Shown: piece by piece, positions 62,956 to 64,000 of the stretch
How the letters are laid out: every line of letters starts with the position of its first letter
Position numbering within the stretch: position 1 is the stretch's first letter
Assembly (NCBI GenBank): GCA_025603075.1
Contig: MU626330.1
Location: 32,050 to 96,049, forward strand
From: Neoconidiobolus thromboides FSU 785
Taxonomy: Eukaryota; Fungi; Entomophthoromycota
Direction of reading: 5' to 3'
Length of the DNA: 64,000 bases
The notes under the pieces: model-generated
The model's database searches: none
What the model was told of the DNA's origin: nothing
What the model saw: only the letters and a program-made list of their open reading frames with translations
Made by a program: the position numbers and the translations under genes

Positions 62956-63563
62956 TCTGGTTTTTTAGTTATCAAGAATGAATCAATGTTATGTTTATAT
63001 AGATTTTATTTCAAGGAAGTGATATTATCAATAATTTAAATTTATGATATTAAATGATTTATATCATTTTTTGTTTATTACTTCCATACTTTACCCTTCA
63101 TTTTTAAAACACATCTATTATTAATAGCACACTTGGAGTGTAATTATGTTATTGAGAATGCAGTTTAATAATTTAAACTTTTAGTTAATATAACAAAGCA
63201 TTACTTCAAGTATTATTTATTACCTTATTTTTAGAGATTTGCTCAAATCTTATTATTTAAGCTTGTACTTATTTTCATAGCTTATAAAATTTATACATAG
63301 TGATACTGATCTTTATCACTAATAACGTTATTTTTAAATAATATTATACATTTTTACTCCTATAATAATCAAATAATCCATGATTTGTATCAAAAATGAA
63401 AAATAAAGTTATACAATTTCAATATTATTACTATGATAATCTTTTCTCCATAATTTAATACTGACTGAGTAACATTACACATTTGTGTTTTAACAAATAA
63501 TGATTTTTTACCAAAAATGAAAAAATTATAAATACATTTTATTGTAATTAACATTAAATTCTA

Positions 63564-64000
63564 TTAATTCGTAAAGTTAAAACCTTCATTAGGCATATAT
63601 AAATTCCCGCTTCCATTATTATTATCAGATGGTGGCTGTTTTCTGTTGTTATTATTTGGTATTTGTTCGGGCTTTGGAGGTGATCCGTTTGAGTTGTTTC
63701 CTTGATCGCCACCAGATGGTGGAGGTGGTGGTAATTCTGATACTTTAGGTCCTACGGGTTCTGCTTTGGAAGGATCAGAAGGAGGAGCGTTTTGATCTTT
63801 TGGTGGTGGTCCGTTAGGAGAACCTTGATCAGAAGGAGGAGGCCCTGAAGGAGGACCGTTTTGTCCATTTGGTGGTCCTTGATTAGGTGATGGGCCCTGA
63901 TCCAATGGTGGTCCTTGATTAGGTGGTGGGCCATTTGGTGGTCCTTGATTAGGTGGTGGGCCATTTGGTGGTCCTTGATTAGGTGGTGGGCCATTTGGTG
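63564..64000 (-). CDS. Pro/Gly/Asn-rich repeat protein, 5' part beyond the window
   Basis: Frame open to the window end; (GPPPNQGPPN)n, then a PPSD-rich segment, stop at 63564. Confidence 0.65.
   Translation of the reverse strand, partial: PNGPPPNQGPPNGPPPNQGPPNGPPPNQGPPLDQGPSPNQGPPNGQNGPPSGPPPSDQGSPNGPPPKDQNAPPSDPSKAEPVGPKVSELPPPPPSGGDQGNNSNGSPPKPEQIPNNNNRKQPPSDNNNGSGNLYMPNEGFNFTN
63865..64000. repeat. 30-bp coding tandem repeat
   Basis: Unit CCATTTGGTGGTCCTTGATTAGGTGGTGGG, at least 3 near-exact plus degenerate copies. Confidence 0.92.

Noticed and set aside
9446-63994. Short antisense or off-frame ORFs (861, 9446, 16520, 40935, 41129, 43174, 49730, 50540, 52259, 54278, 54344, 59331, 60061, 60988, 62241, 63752)
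   Set aside because: They overlap well-supported genes on the other strand or frame and have no motifs.
1-64000. tRNA, rRNA, snRNA genes
   Set aside because: GTTCGA-like hits (16201, about 57835) lack cloverleaf context; no rRNA or snRNA signatures recognised by eye. tRNAscan and Infernal were not run.

Overview
AT-rich, gene-dense eukaryotic DNA with many short (about 40-70 nt) GT-AG introns. The gene set (Zn2Cys6 factor, Chs5, Egt1, SIN/MEN kinase, metacaspase) points to an early-diverging fungus; a Conidiobolus-like entomophthoralean is my inference, not established. About 26 protein-coding genes are present, mostly housekeeping: OLA1, CWC18, STE23/IDE, quinone oxidoreductase, CHS5, MCA1, EGT1, COG2, VPS52, a DUF2408/CUB1-like gene, PPE1, LUC7, RPN7, SEC2, BAT1, RPP1, CDC15-like kinase, cPLA2-type phospholipase and a homeobox gene. 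An accessory-looking block at about 9-28 kb holds a cytochrome P450, a probable Zn2Cys6 pseudogene, an intact Zn2Cys6 factor, three tandem intronless TspO-like membrane genes (the middle one with a premature TAG) and an orphan 7TM protein. The most notable non-genic signals are: (i) nine copies of a 93-99 bp MITE with GGG..CCC ends and AWWT 4-bp target duplications, Sola-like by inference, showing CpG decay; (ii) a second 184-bp Tc1/mariner-type MITE; (iii) a CGG motif at fixed spacing from the TATA box upstream of the TspO-like paralogues, a candidate site for the adjacent Zn2Cys6 factor; (iv) a probable 3'UTR intron in LUC7. No tRNA, rRNA or CRISPR array was recognised. Spans of spliced genes were assembled by eye and are approximate.
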